NCBI GenBank assembly: GCA_040954595.2
Contig: CM082581.2
Span: 11,902,286-11,966,285 of the forward strand
Source of the DNA: Balanoglossus misakiensis
Taxonomy: Eukaryota > Animalia > Hemichordata
Length of the DNA: 64,000 nucleotides
Direction: 5' to 3'
The translations under genes and the position numbers were made by a program. The notes under the pieces were generated by a model. The model saw nothing but the letters and a program-made list of their open reading frames with translations. It was not told where the DNA came from and made no database searches. Every line of letters begins with the position of its first letter. Position 1 is the stretch's first letter. Positions 1 through 13,000 of this stretch are shown here, piece after piece.

Positions 1-379
1 AGTGTGCTTTTTTTAGCATTACTATCAGCCAGACGCAAATTTATGAGCATGTTGACCGGGTTTATTTCATTTCGCTGAAACCTGGTGACGCGCGCGTGTT
101 CACCACAAAACCAGGACGCCCAGCGGACGATGGACTTTAACACGAATAAAAAGGTCTACGTGCTGTCCGCGAAGAACAATAAAAAACAATCACAGCATTG
201 CTCGTTAATCCATTTAATTCATTGCGAAAATAATTCAACAAATAACTTTCCCTTATCGCTTCCATCGGTGGTTGTCAATGAGAGTCAACGTCCTTTTGTT
301 GATCGCGGGTCAAAACAAAAGTGCGAAGGCCACACACTGCTGCTTAGGGACTGGACTGCCAAAATTTGCATATAAGGAA

Positions 380-462
380 CGATGATGAGGATGGTGGTGG
401 TGATGGTGATGGTGGTGGTGATGATGATGGTGGTGGTGGTGGTGGTGATGAAGATGGTGATG
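380..462. repeat. Mixed (GGT/GAT)n trinucleotide microsatellite, intronic
   Basis: Visible run gatgatgaggatggtggtggtgatggtgat...; it produces the spurious poly-His and poly-Val/Met ORFs. Confidence 0.9.
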
Positions 463-1304
463 CAGAACTATCGGATGGAAATGAACAAACACCATCAATT
501 CAAGACCGGTCATCTAAAGCATAGTTTCTTTATTCAACATTGTGATATCGCTGGACACTGTACTTTGTTCAAAAATATCTTCAGATAGATTACGGTACGG
601 TACGGCCGGTACGGGACCGTCAGTAGCGTAAACCGACGATACCAAAGAACTGTAGACTGACCCCAAAACTGCTGTTGATATCTGGTACAAGCACGTCATG
701 AACCCCCATAACCCAACCTCATGCGGGAAAATTAGATCAACTGAGGTAAATGTGCATGTTTGCAGAGTCTCGTATGAAACGTGGAAAGCAGGCCAACAAT
801 ATAAGAGCTACTGTGCATTGAATTGTTGGCGTCCACTCATTCATACGCCTCTAAATGATATAAAAGCGGGCCCTCATGGGCTTTTGTTGATCAGGACCCT
901 AGGCACCGGAGAATGAAAACAAGTCCCTAGACGTCAAAGGTCACCAGGTTGACCACTGTACTCTCTGAGTACGATTTGCGCTCAAGCCGCAACACGTTCG
1001 TTCTTTTCATGGGGCTTTGTTGAGGCACTCTCAGTGTCTTATGAAGAGTACAACACGCATTGTTGTCTTGATCGAATGGTTCCGTATTGGGGCGGGAACC
1101 CGTCCGATTTACCTTCTATTGGCGCGTCTCCATAAACATTAATAACCGGCGGGCGAATTTTGTTCATGCTCCGTTGAAAGTTAAAGCTTCCAGGTCTCTT
1201 GTTGTGCACAATAAACAGGATGTTATTAATTCGGCTCATGTTGCTTAGCAACTACTGTGTGAACTTCTAAAGGTGTATTGTTTGTTTCAAAAAGTCTATT
1301 AACC

Positions 1305-1325
1305 GACCAACCAATCAACCAATCG

Positions 1326-1413
<88 letters not shown>
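1305..1413. repeat. (AATC)n tetranucleotide microsatellite
   Basis: About 20 perfect AATC units preceded by degenerate AACC/AATC units. Confidence 0.95.
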
Positions 1414-1414
<1 letters not shown>

Positions 1415-1598
1415 CTTTTTCCAGTTGAAATTCCATGGTAACGGGAGAAGAAGATGTCTAAGATGTCTATTATTTTCAGATTATTTTATTAATTCTCACT
1501 ATGATAGTTAACTAAGAAACACACAAAAATGTGGGATGTGATGCTTTTTAAAATTTCATGGATGTTAATCGTCCCGTTTCACTGGTTTCCGATTGCAG

Positions 1599-2021
1599 GG
1601 AAAGCAAATCCCAGCGGGCTGGTCAGTTGTCTTCAGTATCCGCGAGACACAGCAATATGCAGCGAACTTCACTGAGCCAGATAAGTTTGATCCCGACCGA
1701 TTTATGCCGGGCAGACAAGAGGACAAACGCGGCGACAGATTCAACTTCGTTCCGTTTGGAGGCGGACCACGTGGGTGCATTGGCAAACAGCTGGCCCAGC
1801 TGATCATGAAAATCTTTGTGGTGGAACTCACGAGAAGATGTCGTTGGCAGTTGGTCAATCCGGAGGATTTGAAGATCGATCTGATGCCGTCGCCGCACCC
1901 GGTCAACGGAATGCCTCTTCGCTTCACCAGGCAAGACTGGAACGCAAACATCGTCGACTTCAACAGAGACAATGCGAACCAAGACGCCGCCGTACTAGAA
2001 CCCCAGACAAACGTTGTCTGA
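1599..2021 (+). CDS. Cytochrome P450, CYP26-like (paralog A): terminal coding exon only; upstream exons lie outside the window
   Basis: Acceptor ttgcag|GGA at 1598/1599. ORF GKQIPAGWSVVFSIRETQ...FDPDRF...heme motif FGGGPRGCIG, stop TGA 2019-2021. The IPxGWSVxxSIRxT segment is typical of CYP26. The intron position matches that of the paralog at 6764. Confidence 0.85.
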   Translation, partial: GKQIPAGWSVVFSIRETQQYAANFTEPDKFDPDRFMPGRQEDKRGDRFNFVPFGGGPRGCIGKQLAQLIMKIFVVELTRRCRWQLVNPEDLKIDLMPSPHPVNGMPLRFTRQDWNANIVDFNRDNANQDAAVLEPQTNVV

Positions 2022-5000
2022 ACTTAAAAATACAGAGAAGAATTGTCCTATATGAACCACCAAACCGCAAAGTATTTATTGCTTACTTCGTACAATCATT
2101 GAATTAACGAGAACAGGGCTCCTCGCGAACCATGGAACCACATTATTTATTGGTGTTTCCAGGACTTGTTCGCCGACACAATGATCAAGAAGAGTCAAAT
2201 TTTGAAGAGGAAAAACTGCAGCAAAGACCATCAAATATATCAACGTGCACGTGCATCGCGTACAGATTTTATTCTCCACCTTCGGACAATCGTTTTTGGA
2301 AAGAACAAGTTGGCAGAAAGCCAATAACGCCTGGTCTACGTTCCACACGACACTTCAATCGTACCATCCCCTGCACCCGAGTGACCAGTAAAATACTAGC
2401 ACAGCACAACTACATTTCCCCCAGACTTTGGAGATTTGCCAGGTGACCTCGACGAGGTGAATCAGTCTGAAGGTCGTCGACTGCAATTTTCTTAACTTTC
2501 CGTTCCTTTTCTGTATCAGTAACCATGTTATGTCGGTGTCACCTGTATTAACGGCTAAAATGATTTTATATTGGCTTTGGATTTTATATTGAAATTCAAA
2601 TGATAGCGAAACATGTTTTAATTTATGTTATTTACGCGGATGTTGAATTTATCCATTTAATATTTCAAGTACGGTGAAATGAGAATTTTTATCAGTACAC
2701 TTATAAATGACATATGAGGTCTGAAAATATAACACTGAATTTACATATACGCCATGGACAAAATTTAACCTTAAGTACTGAACATTTTGGAGCGTCGGTT
2801 TTTCAATACTGAAATATGTATATATTTTTATGCTAATGTTGTGTACAAGTTTCTTTAAGGAAACGCTTCATTGGCCAATCAAGTCACAGTGCTCTTGTCA
2901 TTGGTCAAATCGGAAGCGCCCTCTAACAGGGCATGATTGAATTCCTTTTATTTGGAAGTCCACTGTTCGCCATTCAAATGGCTGAAAACATAGTGTGATT
3001 TTCAAAAGTGTATAGCCGATTGGTCACAGCTTCTGTCTTGGTTTCGAATATTTTCGAAATAAAAATATTGGGTATACTAGGATAATTTGTACGTTAATTT
3101 CATAATGGCGATACCTTTTCGTTATTTTTCATCTACGAGTCCCAGAGGAAATGCCGATGAGCGTCCTCTACAACAATATTAAGAAATCACAACGGGAACA
3201 TACTGCCGTTGAGGTACTATAGTTTTGAAAGAATGAGCGCTTTACAGCGCCATGAACGGTAGAAAGCTAACGGGCTTTTGTTTTCACTCTGCGCTGATAA
3301 ACAGTCATCACGGTCTGTTTCGCCATGTCCCTGGTAAGGAAACATTGGGATTTAGTGTTGAGAGACGACGACCACTATCTACCAACAGATTCGCTGAAAA
3401 ACGAATTCCAATTAAAAATATATAACGCCCTTGTCTGCCCTCTTTTGTTAGAAAAAGTAGGTCGTGATTTTAACGCGGGCGTATATTCTCGTAATTGACC
3501 CGCAAATTATTTATTACCGGTGCTTTGTCGCCAAGTCAGAGATGTGTCGTGTTTACCGGGTGAGCCAGAATGTATACGGGTGCCAGTGATTTGTGGTACA
3601 TCTCTACTCTTTAAAGATACACATTAGAAATTGTTGTCGGCAAAACAATGTATTGAAATTCTTGACAAATACCGCCGATGCGCCGGTGTGTCGTCGGTCT
3701 CGACATTTTTTGTTCTTTCCCGTGGGAATGTCGATGTATTTATTATCTTCCACGCCCTTTAGTATTTACGGAGAAATAAGGATACCCGCAGCCACGGTTC
3801 GTGTGTGGAAAGACCGTGTCACAGCATACACGTTTTGTAACAGAGCCTTTGTGAAAATTTTAGGGTGCGAATTTTATAAAACCCAGTATTTGACCTGTCA
3901 GTTTGCCTGGATATTGTTGTTACTGTTGCCAAGACAATTAAGGTCCGGTTATTTTAATATTTTTGAACATATAGCAACTGTACATAACACAGGCGAAATG
4001 TTATGAAGGCGTAAGTTTATCTCCTATTGACTGAACCTTGTTGGTTGCATGAACACTGTCTCGTCCATTCTCATAGATATTGTACGCAGTCTCATTCTTG
4101 ATACACTTATGTCTCTGCACACGTAACGGGGGGCTCGAACCAGCGACGTGAAAGGCTCCGCTAATACAATGTATTGTAACCACACCCATACCAATTTGAA
4201 AGCAAACTGCAACAAATAAAAGTGACCACTCTACTTAAAAAGGGCGATAAAGTGCAACCAATGTCGTTAATGCTTCCTACGTGACCCCAAAGCCTTTGCA
4301 GTGACATTGTGCTGGCAGCCTCTATGGTTTTTATGACAATGTTTGTTTTCACGAATAGGGTATATCAGTAGTTTGTATACCGCAGGCTAACATGTGAAAA
4401 AAAACCTTCAGAGACATGGAACCAAAACAGTAGAGTGACATTGCCAATACATGTACTGTCTTTACTTTGGGAAAATATGAAAATGGCGAAACCAATCAAC
4501 CAACAAACAAACAAAACACAGATATTTGCCTGTAAATTTTATTAGCTCACGTTTCTTAATCAATTTGCATAGGTTTTGTATATTTCGAGGAAATAACAAG
4601 TCAAAAGCTTCCTTAAAGAAATACATCATCAAACGTTTGCACACAATGAAGACTTTATAATTAACAACTAATTATTAACCACACTTTAATTTTAATAGAC
4701 CGTTGTGATCTCGTCATGGCTGTAGTAAAATGAGACTTTGTATGAACTGCAGGGTTAATGAATAGTTTATTCAGTGGTTGCATAAAACCCCTTGTCAGCG
4801 TTCCTGTGCAATATGTCAGTTTCGCACTCGAAATGACTAAAACATTCTGGAGTTTGTGAAATCACGATGATTTTTAAATACTTTCTTTTCTGAGCTCAGC
4901 CGATTGCTGAGTTTGTCAATGTGTAAGACTTGCAGCCATTCATGCTTGGATAGCTTTTGCAGTGGTTGGAAAACCGACACAACGGAGTGTACGCGGAATT

Positions 5001-6368
5001 CGCGGCACGTTCTCGGCACTGAGACCAGATGGACGAGGCAGGTGAAATTTCAAACAAAGTTCGTTTACCGTCTATACCCGCGTAATATATTTGCTGCAGC
5101 GCCGGTCGCAAAGGGACAAAGGCTCAGGGCGTCGTTTTAAATGTTGAAAAACATGAGATATCCCAAGCCTATGTCAAGACAAAGTGCCAGGCCAAACTCC
5201 CACACGACGCGGGAGTCAAACATTGTGTACGGACACCTATGCAAATTTAGCCATAGTTACCATGGAAAGTGCAGATACAGCCATGCGATAAAAGCACAGT
5301 ACCACATGAACATCAGAAGAGCTAGACACGCCCCTTTAACCATATATGGGCATCTAGAAATTAGAGGTGCCGTTTTTTCCCCTTAAAGATAATTTCAGAC
5401 ACTACCAAAGACGTGATTGGCCATCACAACTCTTTTGCCCCGCCCATTTCTTTTTTCCCCCGAAGGATGAAAGCATTGCGCGCTCAATTGACTCGCGGGA
5501 GAATTCGTTGAAAGACCAACACGTCGCGATCAGTTCAAAACATTCTCATTACATCATCACAAAAATAGCGTCAAGGACACTGTGAAACCATTTCATCAGA
5601 ATTGGTACATTTTTGTGTACATTCAAGTGTGCTAAAAACATATACCCTATTACGTAGTTATTCCATATTGGAATAAATCTGACCAAGAACATTCCCAAGA
5701 CCTAAACTTACCCAAAATAAAATATTGATATGTTCACCATATTTTTTATCACAAATCACAGTGAAGAAAAACTTCTGCAAACAGGTACCAACGGATTCCA
5801 TAAGCTCCCACTGATATATTACATATACCAAATGGGAGCTAAATTTAAATAAACGGGAGGTTATTGCCCCGGGCCAGAAAAGGACAGACGACAGGGCAGA
5901 CTGTTTTCAGACCTTGATCATTTTTTTTGAATGGATGACAAGGAGTGTTTCCAATTTATCTGTGACAATTGGGGCATTTGGTCTACTGCCAACCTCCATA
6001 TGTTGTTTACCCAGACAGCAGTGGCCGTGTAAGAATAAATATCCTGGGATACAATTAAAATATTTATCCAACCTTACGGATGACGTCATGTATCTAGGTG
6101 ATCAATTGTTAAATAATCGCATGGTTAATTTCAACCCCCGAGAAACTTCGCAAAACGAATAAACAATTTGGTTACGAAAAATGATCGGAATAAGAAAGTT
6201 GTACACGATGAAGTAAAGATCGTGAAATAGAATGGGAGTATTAAAATGATACGACAGTGTACCTAGAACCAAATTATAACGGCATTGGTTTTATAGTTCG
6301 GCGCATTTAGGATAAATATAATAAGATATTAGCACAATTAGCCCGTGGCTTTCTGATGCGAACAGCCT

Positions 6369-9300
6369 CTATTGGGCCACTGAACTTTCATCGTCTGTGT
6401 TCTCAGCGACATTTTTGGAATTGCAATCCAGTCTGGTAAAGCGAAGCATTAGTCCTTCCGCCACGTGAGGTACCGGAATAAAGGTGACCGTTGGATTGGC
6501 CGGACTGACCACCTCCCATCGGCTGCTCTTCACCAATTCGATCAGTTCGATCTTCAACGTAAGCATTGCAAACTGCTTTCCGAGGCAACTTCTCGGCCCC
6601 ATTGCGAACGGAATGTACGAAAACCGATCCCCTTTCTTGTCTTCCTTTTTTTCCGGCATGAAACGGTCTGGATCGAACTTATAAGGATCGGTGTAATTTG
6701 GGGCCAAATCTTGAGTTTCTCTGATACTAAACAACACCGTCCAGCCGACTGGAAATTGTTTTCCCTGGGGAAAAGTAAAAAAAAAAAGATGCAAAGATTC
6801 AGGAGAACTGTTTTCAAATTTCTTGTCTGTAACGGCAATTATGTTGGTTAATGGATATTCTACTTAAGTAAGTTTAAACCCGTCTTCAGTATTCATTGGA
6901 GTGGAAACTGAATACTCTGCCTGGGTTCATAAACTTTTCCCATTCACCACACACCGGCCGATTCGTCATTCCCCAGGAATGTCTTTGACTACCGTTTCCC
7001 CTATCAGACTTCATTGACGCGTGGCGTCGCATCTCCATGGAGAACCACAACACTGTCAAGCCCCGCCCTTTATTGAACGCCGCCCCCACCCCGTGCTGTC
7101 CTTGGATTGACCTTTGGGTAGACGTCACCACAACAAATGTAGGTCGCTATGGTTTTTGCAACTACACAATGTGTCGCTTCTGAGGGCCGGGTTATTATAT
7201 GTAGAATTTGAGTATCACGTTCACTTACCCACGCAACGCCAAATCAAAGTGAAAGGGGAAAATGAAAGTATTCTTTTCAATAAACCAGCCTATTAATATA
7301 CGCATTCGTACCATAGGAATATTTGTATCTCGGTCAATGGAAATATATATTTTTTGCTGGAGTCGCATTTAAAAAAGCCAATGCTCTAGAACATGCGTAT
7401 AGGCACGTGTAAAATGGGACATGGGAGTATACTGTGACCTTTTTATTTTCTTCTGTGTGGGAACTGCTGTGTTAGCTGTCCTCATTCAAAACGGTTTCAA
7501 TTGGTTCTCAAAATGATCGGTGACCACATGACCTGTAGTAATGGACAGGCGTTACATTCAACTGAGAGGCACTAGCAAAGAAGTCTGATCTACAAAGCAG
7601 TCAGTAGTTTGAACTGAACTTTCTATTTGCGCGCTAAATTGAAGCTGTTCGCACGGCCAGGTATTCACAGGGTATTTGGAGCGTTTTTCTGACTGAAGTG
7701 TAAAATTGGCGGGTATTCCGACAAGCCTGCTTAGATTTTCCACTCACCATCAATTCAAAGGTCTTGGTGACCTTTCTGAAACCAGCTCCGATAGGCGGGG
7801 CGATTCTTAGAACCTCCTTGACAACGCAGGTAATATACCGCAAATTGCAGATGGCGCCCATGGTTATAGGTTCAGAGCTGTCCAGCAATCCGTGCTCTTG
7901 CAACTCCAGGCGGGCTTTCGCCACCACCTCGGGGTGTTGCGCCAGGTACAGCAACATCATGGTTGTCGCGGTCGCCGATGATGTATGTCCGCTGAAGATC
8001 AACTCCAAGGCGAACCCTTTCAATTGTTCGACATCCATCCATGGTTCTCCGTTTTCATCTGTCTCTTTGGAGAGAATGCTCAATGCATGATCGAAATCGT
8101 TTTCAGATTTCTCCTGGTTTTTCCACTGTTTAATTTTGGCTTCGATTCGGTTGAGTAAAATACGACGACCTTTCATTGCCTATTGGAAAATAAATAACAT
8201 GGCCGAAACTGTTTTTAATGCTACACATGCAATGCAGTGTTTCACACAAAATTGAAAGATAAAACGACTCGATCGCAAAAACTTTTCTCTCGCTTCGAGA
8301 ACTGCCAGGAAACGGTAATATGCGACAGTAAATACCTTGTTGAAGCCACTGCCTGGCAGGTCAATTGGTACTGCAAAAATAACATCAGCCATATTCTGGT
8401 AGACTTCGGCCAGATATTTGGTTTCAGCTTCGTCATGGTCAAAGCCACAGAGCACTTTACCGGCGATGCGAAAGAGCAGTTCGCGCGGTTGACGTTCTCC
8501 ACACACCACACCCTCCATGCACCACTTGGTCACAGCCTCCCTCGCGTACTTCTGGATGAAAGGCACATAGGCGGAGAGATGGTTGTGATGGAAAACCTTC
8601 ATAATTTGTCTGCGCAAACGATCATGCTCTTCACCAGTGGAGAAAAGGAGAGAACGGGACGGACTACCAAGGGTGGTCCGAATCGACTGTGGATAGAACG
8701 GCTCTACAATTTCTCCGTCGCGCAGTAGAATCTCGCGGACATACTCGACACCAATTACACGAATTGTAGGCCTACCAATGATGTGAGTCTTGAAAATCGG
8801 ACCATATTTCAAAAACTTCTTGCGAAAGAAATTGGACCCCTGAAAGGTATAACACAAACAGCGACTAAGACGTTATTTCGCTGAAGACTGGAATCCAATG
8901 ATAAGCTAGAAATGTGTAGAGTACAATGGCGTTTGTAATTTCGAAAATAAATCCGTGGAATATTGACGCTTGCAAGTGGCCAGTTAATTACCAACGACAT
9001 ATTATTCAAATGATGCATAGCAAACCAGAAAGTCAAGAGTTTGTAAAGCGGTCGAGAATATGGTTTGCACTTCAGTGACAGAGCTTCGTGCGCGCAATTT
9101 CCCGCAAGTGATACGGCCATTTGGCGTCACACTTTGCGAGTCAACTTCTCTCTCTACACATATTCACGTTACTAACCCAGCTTGCCACTAGAACGTATTT
9201 GTTCTGCCAAGCTTGCCTGCTATACGAAAGTAACAGAGGGTTACGCAAACAAACAAACAAACACGAAGGTTAAATTCACCTTGGCCTACAGTTGAATACA

Positions 9301-9916
9301 ATGTCAAGGACATTTCAACCGGCAAAAGTTGCCCTTTTACTGGGACAGGTCGTTCCCACATGAATCATGCATGGGGTAAAGAAGCGGCCATCTTCTGTTT
9401 TGTGTCGCAAATAATTTGATAACCGATTGAATGACGTATTCGAGATATTAGTTAATACTTATATAAAAATAGATGGTAACTCAGATGTTTTCCTTATTAG
9501 CCACTTACATGTGAAAGCGACAGAAAATCTTTGGTGGCATGGGTTTGCCTGGGCCACTCAAGCAAATCTCTAACATGCAAAATTCCTTTTAGGCGCGACC
9601 CAAAACGAACGAAGGCCAATTTAACTTAGGAATCCAATTCGGTCACCCACCAGCAAATGTCAGGTGCATTTAATTGTTCGGCAAATTGCGTTTCAATAAT
9701 ATAAATTTTTACCTGCATTAAGAATTGTACGGTTTCTCCAATAAACGGCCAGCCCATGCTGCCTTCAGGTAGGGGAGCCGGGCAGCTGACATCTCGTGTA
9801 TTCTCATTGTAGACGTTCCACAGCTTTAGTGCCAATGCCAGCAAAATGCACGGCAATATCAGTGGTAGTAGTAGTGGACATAACGCAGTACATGTATTGA
9901 TAACCAGTGATTGCAT
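6369..9916 (-). CDS. Cytochrome P450, CYP26-like (paralog B), 4 exons, ~511 aa
   Basis: Exons (minus) 9916-9713, 8839-8336, 8179-7748, 6764-6369; all GT-AG, phase 0, frame continuous. N-terminal TM anchor, PLPEGSMGWPFIGET, KYGPIFKTH, K-helix KEVLR (ExxR), FDPDRF, heme motif FAMGPRSCLG. Confidence 0.88.
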
Positions 9917-10025
9917 CTTCTTGGTTGTCGCAGCTAATAACTGGCGGTTTTATAATGCCTGCTGAAATGCAAACCGATCACACAACGTCAGGTAGGTTTT
10001 CAACGAAAGTGATTCATTCTGTTCG

Positions 10026-10033
10026 TTTATATA
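10026..10033 (-). promoter_or_regulatory. Candidate TATA box of CYP26-like paralog B
   Basis: TATATAAA on the minus strand ~110 nt upstream of the ATG at 9916. An ETS-like CCGGAAGT (10366) and full CRE palindromes TGACGTCA (10380, 10781) lie further upstream. Motif match only. Confidence 0.35.
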
Positions 10034-13000
10034 TCAGTCAGCGCCTCTATAGTTTGACATGAATATTCATAAGGGAAAGTTCGTCTGTCGGTCACACCTC
10101 GAGACGTGCCACCGTATTCGCCCCACAAACGAATGCGAACTATGAGAAGCCATAAAGCTCTGACACTTGACGTTTTATGACATATAAAGTAGTCGCTGAT
10201 TTCAAAGTGAAAATTCTCCAAATTTCCCTGTGCAGTGTCGCAAAAGACGATGAAGTTTTCAGTTGTAGAACAGCAGACTTGGAATATTGTGTTGGGCAAA
10301 AGTCGCTCGACTTAGCGAGAAACCAAGAATACGATGAAGGAAATCTCAACAAAGCTAGCTACATACCGGAAGTGCATTTTGACGTCAGCATGACTCAGAC
10401 TTCAGTGTGGAAAGTATAGTAAGATTTTAATTGGTCTGTTTAGACTCGGAGTATGATGAACTCGATGAAGTTCTCATAGCGGACGATTTCTTGCGGCATT
10501 TATTGTATAAGCATACAAGGCAACAAAAGCAAATATTTTATTTCAAAACTTAGCAACAAAACTTTATCCCATGAGAAAAAAGTGATCAAAATTTTATTTC
10601 AAACTGCTATCATTATATATGGATGATGGTGGTGGTGGTGGTAGTGACGGGGTCATATTTCAAGTAGGACACCGTGACACCCACCCTCATGCAGAAACTT
10701 CTCCTCGTAAACAATTATTACCTTTTTTACAGAAACGCACGGCTCACTAAAGGACAGATCTGTAAGCTCTGAGCGGGAAATGACGTCATCAGTAGACATG
10801 GACGACCGACAGCTAATGCATCATGGGTTATTTAGCTATTTTGATATCAATATCAGACAGATTCAACTGCAAGCTCAGCATGACTGGCCAAAACACTCAG
10901 GATTGACGGTTTCAGAATACAGGGTAAGCCTATACCCATTGAGTAGCACACATTCAAGATTGAGGTCGAAATGTTTGTCACTCTAATTTCGGTCAACTCG
11001 CTATCTGGTTCACCGATGTATTGTCAAATTCGTAGTATAGTGAGTTTTACGTCAATGAGCGCCTTTGACAGCTGAGATCCTTTCGTACCTTACTCACTTC
11101 TGTGGACACGGGAGGGGGGGGGGGAGAGTGCAACAAAAGTTCATGTTATCGCTGTTGGCGCTTTTTTCTCACTTTCAACGCCTACAGATTAAGCCGTTGA
11201 CAAATAGAACCCATTAACGGGACAAAGCTGCTCAAGTTTTGACCTTTTTGTCCACTTTCATTTGATAGGCTAGCTTATACGGTCTCTCCACAAAAAGGGC
11301 ATGGCAGGGCTATGTCGTTCTGCTCATTGAAACATGCTAAATGATCGGCTAGAATCAGGGTAATGATCTTCAAGTCACGTGATTCTGATCTTTCCGCCAT
11401 TACCGTGATGTCCACATGACCTTAAGACCTGGTATATTTGTTGGTATGAATCCATCACCCAAGGGAAACCATGAAAACTATCGTTTACTTAACATTCTTT
11501 TCAGTTCAAACTCTATTTACAATTGCATTTTTCAAAAGCTGGTGCGGTTTTAGTCCCGCGATAAATTAAAACAACACGACTTACGCCAGCTTACGACCGA
11601 CTATCAAATTGTTTCGTTTAATTTCCGATTGGCAATAGACAAACTTAGGAGTGGTCTGGTCGCTGTCGCCTGACCAGGTGTCGCTGACCAGGTGTTTATG
11701 AATAAATTGTCTGGGCCGTATAAAAGCCTTCAGGTGTCCACGTGACTTCGTCTTCTTCGAATTTACTTTGAAGTCCACGTGGACCCCATCGTTTAGCCAG
11801 GCAGTTACAGAGAGAGGAAGGTGGACACAACGCTGAAGTAAGTTTTGGATAGTGCCAAGCCGATAGTGAGAGATGATACTGTAAATCCAAGGAGCAATAG
11901 TGCCGGGAGTTTGTGTGGTTACCCGTCTTCGTTGACCAGTTCACATAACAAAGTAAACGGGCGATAACATATTCTATTCACAAGTAAGATCTGCTATAGG
12001 CGCGTCAGTCCGCTTGCAGACAACGCTGAAGTAGGCAAGAATCCTCATGACGTATTAACTAGGTCGAGTTCCTTCAAGCATACCCACGTACGTACGCGGT
12101 AACCAGGCCACACGTCTGACGTCCAGCTTTGGTTTTTATGGCGTTTCTAATGCAATTGAAAGTTTGGTGGGGGTCAGCGGTATCTCTGACCATTGACAGC
12201 ATTAGTCAGAAAATATCTAACTTAACTATCCCTTCCCTCCCTCTCTCAGCACCTCAATACATTCTTCCATCCAATTTCAACCTCTGGCTCTGATATCACA
12301 CTCACAGTTGGTGGAATACATTTTATTTAAATCCAGCACACATTTATTTTTTATTTCTCTGAGTGGTCTGATCTCTTATTCTCGACAGGTCTAACATGAA
12401 TTGTGTGCACCAAACGACGCAACATGAATTTGAACACCATAACATTGTGGGTTTGACGTGACCACTGCCAACGTGTGAAGGGAACATCGTGCATTCCTCG
12501 ATGGGAGTCACCTGTAAAGTGTATTAGCCAAACTGTGGCCTGCGTACGCCATGCTTCTCTGAACCCATGCAGTGTCGCACGTACACAGATGAAAACACCA
12601 CGTACAGTGCCGGCAGCATGTAGGGCCAGGGTTGGAAGTGAAAATGCCGGTCCACGTGGTTACCGCCTTCTTGCGTTTCAAACGCGCAATTATAGCAGCA
12701 TATGGTAAGTTTACTTTACTTTTGTCTGTTAATAATTATTAAGCTTATTACCCAGAATAGTATGGTTCACAAACGTAATATCCGATGATATTTCATTGAT
12801 TAAAATAATTTATTATTACGAAACGTCGACTGGTCATCTTGAAATTTATATATAAATAGACAGGATAGGAAGTACTGATTCTGTTTAAAATAGGATGTTA
12901 GCAGTGTTTACAAATTATCACAGCAACCCCTTCCAATAATCTCAGACACGAGCCAAATCACGGATACCAGATAACGCTAAAGTATCTATGACTGAAAAGA

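Noticed and set aside
310-588. Poly-His (minus) and poly-Val/Met (plus) ORFs
   Set aside because: Translation artefacts of the (GGT/GAT)n microsatellite inside the CYP26-A intron; no splice or homology support.
938-951. DR2-like AGGTCA-cc-AGGTTG as a retinoic acid response element
   Set aside because: The second half-site is degenerate, and single mismatched elements are expected by chance. No canonical DR5 was found near either CYP26-like gene.
1278-1511. ORF with NQSI repeats
   Set aside because: Translation of the (AATC)n microsatellite.
3593-6162. Short ORFs between the CYP26-like genes, and most other 60-140 aa ORFs in the track
   Set aside because: No recognisable motifs or consistent splice structure; many are antisense shadows of real exons.
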